This document shows, one piece after another, positions 52,181 to 64,000 of a stretch of 64,000 nt of DNA (position 1 is the first letter of the stretch; every line of letters begins with the position of its first letter). The translations under genes and the position numbers were made by a program. The stretch is from Ginglymostoma cirratum. Lineage: Eukaryota. Location: NCBI GenBank assembly GCA_024137785.1, contig JAHRHZ010000048.1:10386168-10450167 (forward strand). The letters are read 5' to 3'. Below the pieces are notes generated by a model. It saw only the letters and a program-made list of their open reading frames with translations. It made no database searches and was not told the DNA's origin.

Positions 52181-52799
52181 AACCCTAGTTCCATGAGATG
52201 CCCCTTTGGATTTTTAAAGGGCTATCATCAAAGGCCTTCTCTGGGATGTTGAACTGTCACCCAGTCAGAGTCTGACAACTCTCCATTAGTTCTTAGCTCC
52301 ATTGGCAGCTCACAGCATTGCACCTACCAAATGCCCACAAATGCTGTGGGGCCTCATGTCAAAGGTGAACAAAGGAGGGATAGGCAGAGTGAGGGTACAG
52401 GGAGCTGGTTTCAAGCATTTTGAAGACAAAGGCAGAGATGTCGGATTTCAGCAGCCTTCCCTCCTTCCTGATGTTAGGTCCTTCTACCAGGCAGAGTTAC
52501 TGATAATGAGGGACATCCTCTTGGAGGCTGCTGGCAAAACATCAGGCATTTCTGGGAAGCCTTTGGAAAGGCACAGGAGATCTTTGCAAATCTCCATTTA
52601 ACCCCTGAGCCACCATTAAATTGCTGCGGGCTCAGTTACAAGAGGTTTCAAATCACCAGCAGCTGGGAATCCTGTTTCAGTCACTTCCATCTTAATCGCG
52701 TCATTGAGGACTGACTCAAGGATTCTCCCCCCCATAGTCAGGTGGATGGCCACTTATGGTTCCTGTTGCAATGGGCTGCTTTAAATCCAACCCAGAGTT

Positions 52800-54040
52800 T
52801 CTTGTCTAGATAGCCACAATTATCAGCACATGTTCTCGCACTGCATAAACCTTCAAGGGTAGGACAGATGTGTGATAAAATCCTGGGTCTGAGTGGGTTG
52901 TAGAAGGCCAATGGAACAGATAATACACTTGTCCCAGCTTCGCAGAGAAAGAGGACACGTATGGGTCCTGCTGCAATTGCTTCAGATTTAACCATAAGAC
53001 AACAAGAAATAGGGATAGGAGCAGGCCACTCGGCGCCTTGAGCCTGGTCCACCTTTAATAGGATCATGGCTGCTCCAACATTCCCCATGTCCACTTTCTT
53101 GCCTTTACCCTGGAACCCTTGATACCCCGGTTGATCAAGAATCTATTTATCTCAGCTTTAAATATACACAAGGACTCTGCCCCCACAACTCTGTGGCAAG
53201 GAATTCCAAAGACTTACAACCCTCTGAGAGAAGAAATTCCTCCCATCTCAGTCTTAAATTGGTGTCTCCTTATTCTATGCCCTCTGGCCCTGGACTCATG
53301 AAGGAAAAATATCCTCTCAGACATTGGATCAGTTGTGCGCAGGAAACAGTTTATGGGAACATGCTTGGTCTAGTGACAGATCTCGGAGAGTCTATTTTCA
53401 CCACCAAAGAGTATGGGATAGTCGGAACTTGTTAAAGGCTTTTGTACAGTACATTCTGCCAGTGTAGAAGTGGTAGTTGACTCCATGAGGACTGAGGACA
53501 ATATCTTAGCTTCTAGTGCAAAAGAAGCATATTCCAACCCGTGTTTGAGTGTTGGAATTGAAACTCCTACTGATGCCGTGAGCTCTGTACTTGTTGCCAC
53601 AAATGCTCAGGCTTAAGTCATTGCATGCCAGTGCTCAAAGGATCTTGCCAGTTCACAGTAATCTGAATGTCAGCGAGATTTGCTGACGCACCATCCTGGG
53701 GGAGTGATTAATGACTCCCTGGTAGAGAAAGCACCTGTTCTCTCCCAGGAAGAAAAAATTTGTGCTCCCACCCCTGCCACTCTATCAGTGCCCTTTCTAT
53801 TGCCTTTCAGCTAAACAGCCCAGGCTGCTGCCACCTTACTCAGGACCAGAATTGTTCGAGAACACCCTGCAAATCCCACCCGCAGTGTCACCCACAGAAC
53901 ATCTGTAAGCTTTCATCAACTGTGCTGCAGCCATTTGGGAAGGATTGCATTAGAGTACGAGAGAAGACAAACACGCTCAGAAGGCAGAGGATACACAAGG
54001 GTGAATAACTGAGTGTTGAGTAAATGATTGAATAAAGTTG
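52800..54040 (+). mobile_element. Possible further Harbinger-associated relic interrupted by a CR1 tail
   Basis: GC-richer, coding-like sequence on both sides of 52990-53320, ending before AATAAA (~54031). Assignment rests only on recalled similarity. Confidence 0.25.
52990..53320 (-). mobile_element. CR1 LINE 3' end
   Basis: ggagcaggccactcggcgccttgagcctg...gatcatggctg...ctctgagagaagaaattcctc is homologous to the 14125-14420 tail. Confidence 0.8.
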
Positions 54041-54248
54041 TTGGAGAATGGTTAATTTGTAGTGTGTTTTTTTTTCAGGATTCTGGCTAAGATCTCAAAC
54101 TGAGGGAAGAAAAAGGACTGAAACCTATTGCAAAAGCAACGTGGGGATTCTAAAAAACCGAAACGGAAACCAAAGGGTCACTCACACAGGAAGCCTGCCA
54201 TGAGTGATGATGTCTAGGATGTCTCCCCGCTGACCCTCTTTATTGGTG

Positions 54249-54558
54249 GGGTGACACTGTGGCTCAGTAGTTAGCGCGGCTACATCACAGCACCGGGAAC
54301 CCGGGTTCGATTCCAGTATTGGGTGACTGCCTGTGTGGGGTTTACACATTTCCTCTCATAATTCAAAAATATGTAGGTTAAGTGGATTGGTCAAGCAGAA
54401 GTGTCCAGGGATGTGCAGGCTAGATAGATTAGTCATGGGAAATGCAGAGTTACAGGGATAGGGTAGGGGCATTGGTCTGAGTGGGATGCTCTTTGGATAG
54501 GCGGTGTGGAGTTAGTGGGCCTAATGTCCTGCTTCCACACTGTAGGAATTCTATGATT
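54249..54558 (+). mobile_element. HE1-like tRNA-derived SINE, full length
   Basis: A box tggctcagtagttagc, B box ggttcgattcc (~54304), HE1-type body and ccacactgtaggaattctatg tail. Confidence 0.85.
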
Positions 54559-54715
54559 TTCCCTTGTCACTGAGATGGTCGCGCCAAGCAGATGTGGTCT
54601 GATGATGGAACGACATTATTAGCCACATGATGAGTGAGTAACCTTTGATGCAAGCAGCCACCCTCACTTGAAAGTAGTGGGAGGCTCCTTTGTGCAGCTG
54701 AATGCATATTCGTAC

Positions 54716-54835
54716 TGTGGATGCTAGGGATCTGAAATAAAAACAGAAAGTGCTTGAAAACCTCAGCAAGTTAGGCAGCATCTGTGGAGGGAGAAACTAA
54801 GTTAACATTTCAAATCCAATATGACCTTGTCAGAC
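54716..54835 (-). mobile_element. PLE-type mini-element (family B-related) with decayed hammerhead
   Basis: aaaaacagaaagtgcttgaaaacctcagcaagttaggcagcatctgtggag...gttaacatttc; minus strand begins CUGACAAGGUC...GAAAUGUUAAC. Confidence 0.7.
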
Positions 54836-56649
54836 CTGGATGTTTGGCTTAGGGGGTGTAAAAGAGGGCTTTAACAGGACCTGTCAGATGTTGAATCCGT
54901 GTCAGACTTTGACTGTTGTGACGATCTATCCACGCAAGTACCAGATGCATTTTTGCCCTCAAAAAAATGGTGATTGGCATGGCCTGCACCAGACATCTCC
55001 AGGAACAGGCATCATCCTCTGTTGACTAGAACACCCAGAATCAGTGATACTGCTGTGCCAAATTCTACAGGCAGCATGTTTCACAACATACAACCAGGAA
55101 AGCTTTTCCGTTCTCTTTTTAACATGACTTATATCGTAAAAATCCATTTAAAACAGCAGAAAATTTATGGAAGATCTCGCAAGAATAAAACAAAAGCACT
55201 CAAAAGATAAACTGTTGTATTTCTTGCCCTGCTTGAATATCTGATTACAAGATTCAGAGACACCAAATAAGCAAATTTGAGGATAGCTGCATTTAGTTGT
55301 TGGTGAGGTTGAAGCTTGTATATTGGACTGGGATTTATTAGGTAGAGCTGTTTCATGGGTGGAAAAAAAGCAAATGGTAGTGTTTTGGGCTAATTATAGT
55401 TGTGCACTTAACCCACACTACCCCCCTGAGTCATAGCTCGCCACATTTTTTTAAGCTGCATAATTTGTTTTTGCTCAGGTCACTTTAATGTAAATTCATG
55501 TGATAGTTAGACTAGCCTGAGCATTTGCTCCCAGTTTTAAACTCTAAATTCATTCTCAATTTTAAATTCACATACTGATGCAGCTTAAATATTATTGGTC
55601 CCAAACATTAAGACAACGAAATGTCTCACTGCATAAAAATCAGATGTTTCACTGCATTACTTTAAGTGTATCCTATCTGGCACAATGTTAAGCAATTAAA
55701 TAGATTCAGAAAAGGATCAAAAGAGTAGAAGGGGAATTTGTCACACTCGCAGTTTATTATTAGTCCATAGAAATACTTTGTACTATTTGAACTGGACCTC
55801 AGGCAGCCACATCTACCTTATTACAAAGCACACCTAGTCTGATTGTGAATTCCTCAGTCATTATCCTCTCTGAGTAGAGTCACACATGAGCAACACTGAC
55901 CTTTGGGTTACTGCTTTAATCCCTTCAAACTTGTCTCATAAAATTTATACCAGTCTCTTTTCAATCTCTAAATTTACCTCATTACACTCTCTTGGACTGC
56001 TTTTATAATTGTCAATTTCTTTTTTAGTTCCTTTTCTACTTGTTACACTAGTCATGGTCCAACACTAGAAGTTTTCTTTCACAATTTAGAAGCAAACCAT
56101 CTACCTAGAAGCAGTTTAACACAATAGTGTGCACCTGAAAATGCATTCATTTATCTGATGTGTTCAAATTTTCTGTTCACCTTTTTAGAACCGGTAACCC
56201 AACACACTGAATGGATGCTTTCAACTTAGAAGTGGGTGCTTGAGTGCAAGGTTAAGATGGCAAACAGTAAAATAGGTTCAAAACAGATGATTGCTTTTAA
56301 AACAAAACTGCAGTGTCGAAAATCTGAGATAAAAGTGTAATGGCAGACTGTTTTGGACGTGTCTGGTGGGCATCCAAAGAATGAGACAAACTGTAGCATT
56401 ATGTAAGCAGACAGGTTGTCAAGGGTGACTTTCAGCTTATTGCTGCTGCTTAAAACTAAATGGTTAGTTGAGCCACCATTCTAGAAACCATCTGAACTCT
56501 CTGCCATTAAAATAAATGGAAAGAAATCTCAGACAGCTTCCATAACACCTGCCTGACCTGTAACATTCACTGTCGACTCAAATGGTAAGTTGTAAATATC
56601 CACAATGATGCCTGCTATGTGCAACTTAATTGAAGTTAAAACAATAAAT

Positions 56650-56715
56650 ACATGCATTTATATAGCACCTTCCACCATTTCAGAATCCCAAAGTGCTTTA
56701 TAGTCAGTGTAAGGC
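56650..56715 (-). mobile_element. Deu-SINE/L2-type 3' tail fragment
   Basis: tgcatttatatagcacctt...atcccaaagtgcttta. Confidence 0.55.
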
Positions 56716-58919
56716 CATGTTAGAAATACAGGTAGGAAATAATTGCAAGATTGAATGGTTCTAGCAACACTTGAATAAAAACAGCTTAACGGGGATATGT
56801 AGTAATTCTAACACATGGGTTTGTAAATTATTGCGATCAATATAAACAGACAACATGATTGTGATATTTATCAGTTCAATATTTTGGTGCGTGTACTAAA
56901 TTTTATACATTTAGTATCATCAATAGTGATGTATAGACAGTACTTTGAAATCTTCAAATTATTTTTCATTAACATGTGGAAGTACCCTAACAAGTAAAAT
57001 TTGCTGTCCTTTCTTTTGTTGTTCATCACAGATTTAAATTAGACAATTGAAATGGCCACTGAAAATCTCTTCTGGCAATATGGAGAAAAGTCCATTTGAT
57101 GTTGATAGATACAGTATAGTTTTAGATTTTAGATTTTAGGTTTGCTTCAAAAAAGGGTTGCTGTTTATGGTTGGGAAACTTAATCCGTTTACTTTCAAGC
57201 TTTCTTTGTTTGAATTTTTTTCCCTCACTTTCTCCCATTGTTCTGTTCCTAGTTTCAATGCACCCGCCTTTAGATGTGAGGGGGAGATAGTGTGGGCTGT
57301 GGAATCCTCCATGACTGCTTCAGTGCTGCTTTGATCAACTGGAAGCAGTTGAAATTTGAGCAGTTTGAGACAATGTCAAATTACTTTCCTACTCCTCCTC
57401 CTCCCAACTTATTACCTCCTTTCTGAAGCTACTTACTTTTATATTTATTGGGATCTGCTCCATTTGAGATTTAAAATGTTAACTACATTACATAAATTGA
57501 TATCTGGCATGTATTCTCATGCCTGTTTCATATCTATTTTGGCATCAATTGTAGACCCTTGATTGATATAAAATAATATAAGTTAATCATCTTGTATTAA
57601 ATTATTTGTTTTGGTTGGTAATTGTAGTTGACCAAACCTACCTTGAGATTTGGAGGTGCCGGAGGCTCCTTGACCCTTCTTTCAGACCTACCTTCTCTAT
57701 CTGTAAGAAGAGACACACAGTCTCACCTGAACTGTATTTAACAACTCTCCAGAGAGAATAAGTTTCTTTCTCCTGCTCCTGACTGTCAGGACTGATTACC
57801 TTATTACACCACCTATTGGAGTAAGTGCCTCCCTCTTGAGTCTTCCTGCCAGCAGTGACCAGAAACAGTACCCCAGCCAACTCCATGACACTACCTTAGT
57901 TGACTCTCTGAAGGAAATAAGCTTTCTTCCTCCTCATTAGCTTTGCTAAGTACTCTACCTAGTGGAAGTAATGTTTTCCTGTCTTGTGTTGTGATTGACA
58001 GAAGCTGCTACTTTAGGTAACTCCCTTGAAGGAACAATTATTCTCCTCCATCATTAACCCTCTCCCACCTAGTGATTTTTTGCAATTGCTGTCCTGAATC
58101 TCAGAACAGACAGGGGGGCTACGAACTGTTCCAATCCACTGCCAATACTGAGTAAATCAGTACTCTGAAAATGTCACATTTCATGCTCCATCACAGACAT
58201 TTTCAAATGATGTAATGATGAAATTGTCACATAATTGATAATAAATATTATAAACAAAAAGCAACATGACTGCTACAAGACATTCAGAGCAGCCCAGAAA
58301 AATTATGTGATGGCCAATTTCACTCGGTCGAAATGGGCTGAGGTTAACTAGCTGACTACAATATCTGGAAGAAAATAATTAGCTTCCTTCAACTTTGGCA
58401 CAAAGACATGGGCTGATGGTTCTTGCTGTGATAGTGATGTTCTTCCTTTACCACATAACAAATCTCTGCAAGGATTTGAACTTTTGATGGATAATGTGAA
58501 GTTAGTTTCAATTAAAGTAGACAAACTAAGAGCGGGGCGTTGAATTGAAGTCCTCTCATATGAATAAGAGGAGCTTAACCTTTTTGTGGGAAGGACATGC
58601 CAATATTTGAATCATTCTGTTTAGCTCAAACCCCCAGCCCCAAGCTCCCCTCTCCAACTCGCCACAGGTATTTGATTGTCAATTGGAAACCAATTCGGGG
58701 CGCTGGTGAAAGAGGCAACTTCATTCAGTGCATTGTGAAGTAAAGCTGAAAACAGGTTGGCATAATTATTCAGCCTGTTTTCGTTGCCTAAATCCCACTT
58801 AATTAAAGATTAAGTGTACAGATTTGTTTCCCCGCCAATTTTCTCCCCTCCTCGTCGCCTCCCAGTTGGGGCGTAGTATCTGTGGTCTTGCTTATTTTCC
58901 AAGAGGCAATTCTTCACGT

Positions 58920-59265
58920 GTGTGCCCTGACATTGATTGGCAGGCTATTTCGCTGAGGGGGCATCACAGCCGAGTCCAATTGTTTCTTCATTTTAATAGC
59001 TGCATGCCACTAATTAGCTGAGGTTTATTTTGCAGAATGACTTGAAAAAAAACTGCGGCTTTATTTTGTCTCCCAGCTGAAGTTCTACTTGACGATGTAC
59101 ATCAATTCCCTGCAAACATGGCTGGGTAGAAATTAGCTTGCAGGAAGCCTGGCCGATTTGTACCACCCAATTCATGTTAGTGAAATTTAATTCAGCATCT
59201 GAGCCCTTCGTTTATCTCCTGTAATTAAAGCTAACTCTACATCAGTGCCCAATTTAGGGGCACTG
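58920..59265. promoter_or_regulatory. Candidate conserved non-coding (enhancer-like) element
   Basis: Repeat-free block with retained CpGs and clustered homeodomain-type motifs (ctaattag, ttaatt, taatta, tgattgg). Conservation cannot be shown from this sequence alone. Confidence 0.35.
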
Positions 59266-60994
59266 AAGTCAAATGTAATCCACCTGCTGCTACCCCATTT
59301 CAGATCAGCTAACTTATACCATGCCAGCTATGACCCACTTGATCTGCAATACACAGTGACTTAACAGATAAACTATTTGCAGTGCATATTATTGTACATT
59401 TTAACACACTTTGCAATATTATATACACTAAATTAAGAAATTTTATCATAGATATTAGCTATGCAAGCTCATATTAAATATGCAATATTCCTTGAAAAAT
59501 GTGCTTTCCTTGAATAAGAAACAGTCAAAGCAAATACTCAAATGCAAATAATGTAATTTCGTATCTTTACATCAGATATTAGCATGCCAAATGATGACCC
59601 TAAAATTGTGCTGCGCTATTTTAACCTGTGAATTTGTAACATGCTTTCTATGCCTGCTTTTGTGATTGAGAGATTAACTTGTTTTCTTTTAAATTTGTCA
59701 ACACATCCATAAAGCAGCAGACAAGGAAATTCTATAGAAATGCATCATACTGCCACTAATATCATACAGGTTAATTTAAAGGCCTGCATCTGTTTTGTTA
59801 AAAACATGTTAAAGTTTTAACAGTTTTATGGGGAGCAATGCTTATTCATCTTTTATTTCTAGTCTAGGCTTTCTTCAGTTATCGAGGAGTACGACAGAAG
59901 GTGGACTTTATCAAAAAAAAACTCTATACTCTTATGAATAAGTAGACAATTTAAAACACATTGTTAGAATTGTACATCGAAAAGCATTTTGAAAGATCTT
60001 TGCTATTGAAATATCTAACCCTCGAACTCAGGGTTCTACAGATTCCACTGTTACTCAAACATCTTTTCAGAGCTCTCAGGGCAATCAATTAGGCATTATT
60101 AGAACAAGAGACATATAATTATTGAAAATTCATGTTACAAGCTGCAAATATTTCTGATGGGCAAAAATTTATTTTGGTGGATGCCTGTAAAGAAATAAGA
60201 TTTGCAGGTTTACTTCAGGCCTTGACTGATTGCAGGGAGAAAAATTCCATTTACATAGCCTGTGAATGCTCCACCTTCATAACAGTGCACAGCCAGCACT
60301 TTAGGTAAATAATCTATGTGTGTAGTTACTTCACAGTAAGCAAGAAAAGGAGGTAGCAGTTGAAAATACGTTTACAAATTCACCTTGGCAGTATTTCACA
60401 CTATCAATAGGCTTGCTGTTGCAGTTTTAATTTGCTCTTTGTACTGAAGGGGATTAGGTTAGTTAATTTCAATTTTTGATTTCAAAAGCTATCAAATATT
60501 GCTCATATGAAAAATCAATTTTCTCAGTTGCCCTGTTTTTGACAGCAGGGAGTTGCCATTGGTTAGGAGGCAGTCACATGGCTGTGCTGAAGATTAGTTC
60601 AGTAGGTCTGTGTCACTGGCACCTCAATTACTGACTGCCTCTTGTAATTTAGCTTTATAACACCTAATTCAGAGACGAAACTCATATATAATTCATGAAA
60701 GCTTCCACAAGAGTAATTGTGAAATAAATTGCCATAGAAAATATCCATTTGTGACTAAAATTTATATTTAGAATGTATGCAGCATTTGGCTTTTCTATTG
60801 TTGTGTTTCCATGTATTGTAACAAACAAAAGAATTCGAACAAGCTATGTTTTTGTGACCACTCTTAACTGATTGAAAATATACTTTCCCTAACACTCATT
60901 ACTGATTACCATTTAATTTTCTTTTCTGAAGTTAGCTAAAGAAAAAAAAACACTTTGTTTTTCTTCCCATTTGTCTGTTGATTCCATCCTCTGT

Positions 60995-61008
60995 GTTGTT
61001 ATGGCAAC
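60995..61008. promoter_or_regulatory. RFX X-box-like motif
   Basis: GTTGTTATGGCAAC versus consensus GTTRCCATGGYAAC, in non-repetitive sequence. Confidence 0.35.
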
Positions 61009-64000
61009 AAGGTAGGTGAGGCCTACTCAACTGACAACCTCAGCTGTCATCCTCACCTAAAAGCTTTGTAATTGCTCTCATTTGCATATGACAATTAGCC
61101 AAGATAGCTCACAGCAAGAGATTGAACCCTTCTTGTTCAAAGTATATAAAATGCATGACTATTATTTTGAAAGATATGTTCCATGTGGTTATGCACTCAG
61201 ACGCAGCAATGGGCCTTTTCATCTTATTCTCATGATAAACAAAGGGAAAAGCCTCATTCTCAGTGTAAGGCATGTCTATCAGCCATGGAGTGAAAAACAC
61301 AAAGTCTTCCCATTTTGTTCTCTCGATATAGACAAAAAAATATATACGGGGTTCCACACAGTGGGTTTTTTTTTGCAGACAGAGGGGACACTAATGAAAA
61401 GCTCTTGAACTAGTCAGATAGTGACAATGTTTTTGGGAAAAAAGTGTCACTGCCCCTCCAACTCTCATCTGAGAGCAGGAGAAATAGATCTGTCATTCAT
61501 CCGCTCGAGGTCCGTCACTGTGTGCAGAAGCTTTTCATTTTGACGGCTCAGCTCAGAATCCTCATGAAAGCAGAATCTGTGCTACTGCACTTTCTCTTGC
61601 CCTTAGATTTTGGAAGTTTAATGAAACTCAGTAGCTTAATAAAGGCTGGGGCTCACACGAGTAATCCAGACAGTGTGTCTTTGGAAAAAAAATGTATTTT
61701 TCTGTGTATTATTCTAATTACTTAGCGGAATGAAGGAGCTTTATAGTAGTGGATAGACGCTGGAGAGATGAGGTATCCACACATTGACGCTACCTCAAGA
61801 TTAGCTGGAGCCTTTTTCAATGAAAGTGCATTGCTCATATTTCCTTGAGTAAATATCCATACACAATTTACACCTATACAGCTGCATCTGCAATCTGTGA
61901 CTTTTGTCCATAAGGGAAATAAATATTTCTTGCAATGTAGGAAATGAGATTGCAAGCTGTCTGAATTCTATTAATACTATTTGGAGAAGAAGTGTGATTA
62001 TTTGATTTACTGAGTGGGGAGGGGGTTGGATTAACAAACCTTGCAATAAATATTATAATGTAAAATTTTGAGGATTGTAAATGATACTTTACAATCCAAT
62101 ATTTCCATGCAATTTCTGTTTATTAGCCCAAATACAGCAGGAACATGAGCATGGCTTGCTATGTGCTATTATATTTAAATTCCTACAGAACTGTAAATGC
62201 CAATTTGCTGTCACCATGAAGAAATAAATTAATACAACTCAATTTAGACAATGTTCCTTCCAAGAATAATTTTCCGCTAATAACATACTTATACAATTCA
62301 CAATTTTCAATATGTTCGGGCTGAGCTTTGCAAGGTTCACAAATGAAGCCAAGTGTTCTTTAGAAATGGCGGACTTTGCAGTCGATAGTTTGAAAAGAGA
62401 GCCAATTCTGCTTTTTCTTTAGCCTTTGATTTCAAACATTCGTTCTGCATTTAGCTCCTAACTCAAACAAGTAAATACGAAAAGCAAAGACTATTTGCTG
62501 TTCTCTAAAGGGTTTATTTTTTTGAAGGGATAGTACCAAGTTAATTCTTTGTTATTAAATAAATGTGACAATATTTGATAGCAATACCGATAAACAGTGG
62601 AAACCAGTAAATGAATCATTTTGAAAGCACCATTTTTTCCAAAATAATTCATGCATACATATTTTGGGTTATCAGTATTTTAATTCTTGTTTCACTGAAT
62701 CGACTAACTAACATCACATTGTTACCCTATGCATTCTGGACTGTTAACTGAATGCAATGAGTATCACAACATAGAGAAAAGACATACTTGATTGTAAAAT
62801 TTTGTATACATATTTATGTATACTATCATTACAAAACATTTACATCGGACTCGATATTATTGTGCAGTGAGGTTTCAATTGAGTAAATACTAAACATCTT
62901 CCCATTTCAGTTCTATCAATGAATAATTAAAAACCCTAATGTACTCAGGTCATTAGGGTTCATAGTGGAGTCTTAGCATAGTAGAAAATGTCTCTCCTTG
63001 TGGTGTGTTTTATTTTTCTATGCAATTTAAAATTCGGTGCCAGGTTCAGGGAAGAGCCAGGACTTGGCACAGATTTTGCTGTAATTTGCAATCTGCAGCG
63101 TATGCTAGCTAAGACCCTTTCCTTCAGCTTGCTTGGTAGAGTCAATAGGGGGCATCCCTCATCTGTCGTAGAGAAAAAAATAGCTGAATTCTAATTAGCA
63201 TTCTATTTGTCAGCAGTAAGGTTGCTGTCGTTAGATTCAGGATTTCATTGTTTCAGATAGATTGCCAGCTATTCTTTTTTTTCATACTCCTGGCATGAGA
63301 GAACTGGTGCCTTATTTCATGACCAATAGACTCAGGCTGAGGGAATGCCGGTGGAATGTGAGTCCTGAGCTTAAAAATGCCAACCGTGCTTTTCAGTGGC
63401 TGCTTTCATCCTGGCACTGTTGCCAAGGGCTGGCAAAGCTTCTATGCTCCTTGTGACTCAATAGAGTGCAACTGAAAAACTCGGGGATGCTTCAAATACG
63501 TCAACGAAGCTTTGGATCCTAACCAGAAAGGATCTTGCTTTGTGTCAATGATGGGACCACAAAAATAAACCTCACCATTTTCTTTTAATACTTTTCTTTC
63601 TTTTGTCTGTGTTAAAAGGAATAAATGAATATAATAGTAGGCTCCAAAATTGCAAACATTTCAGATAATCTCCAAGGGGGTTTGCAGTTTTCACAATGTA
63701 CAATGTATTGCTTTGCGCAGATTATAAATTATTATATAGTGCACCAACAAGTAAAAGATGACACGATTTTGCTTAAATTGACAGGATTAACTTTCATTAA
63801 GAATACTCAATGAAACATTGTTAGCACTAAACATACAATAATGTTTTTGTATTATATGAAACCTCCATGCTAAGTATGTTTCATATTCTATTAAAATATT
63901 TCAAGAATTCTCCATTCTCTGCCAATATCTTAATTAATCAATATTCAGGAATAAGATGCTTATCTGAGCAACCACACCACCTATAATGAATGGCACAGAA

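Noticed and set aside
54249-54320. tRNA gene
   Set aside because: The A and B boxes run into a SINE body and tail, and no full cloverleaf is evident. The same applies to 23705, 30128-30368 and 49670-49885.

Overview
AT-rich, CpG-poor vertebrate genomic DNA with no intact host protein-coding gene. The repeat complement (HE1-type and Deu-domain SINEs, CR1/L2/RTE LINEs, Penelope-like elements) points to a cartilaginous fish, probably a shark; this is an inference from remembered family sequences. It reads as a large intron or gene desert. Main contents: a ~3 kb decayed CR1 LINE, a 1.26 kb palindromic Penelope-like (GIY-YIG) insertion with a 16-bp TSD, many short Penelope-derived inserts carrying minimal hammerhead-ribozyme motifs, decayed intron-containing Harbinger-type Myb/SANT genes, a Gypsy integrase relic, old minisatellites, a templated inverted insertion and several repeat-free blocks that may be conserved non-coding elements. 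The strongest signal: ~90-180 bp hammerhead-bearing mini-inserts from three families all end at the ribozyme core and lie on the minus strand. All coordinates and identities were read by eye.
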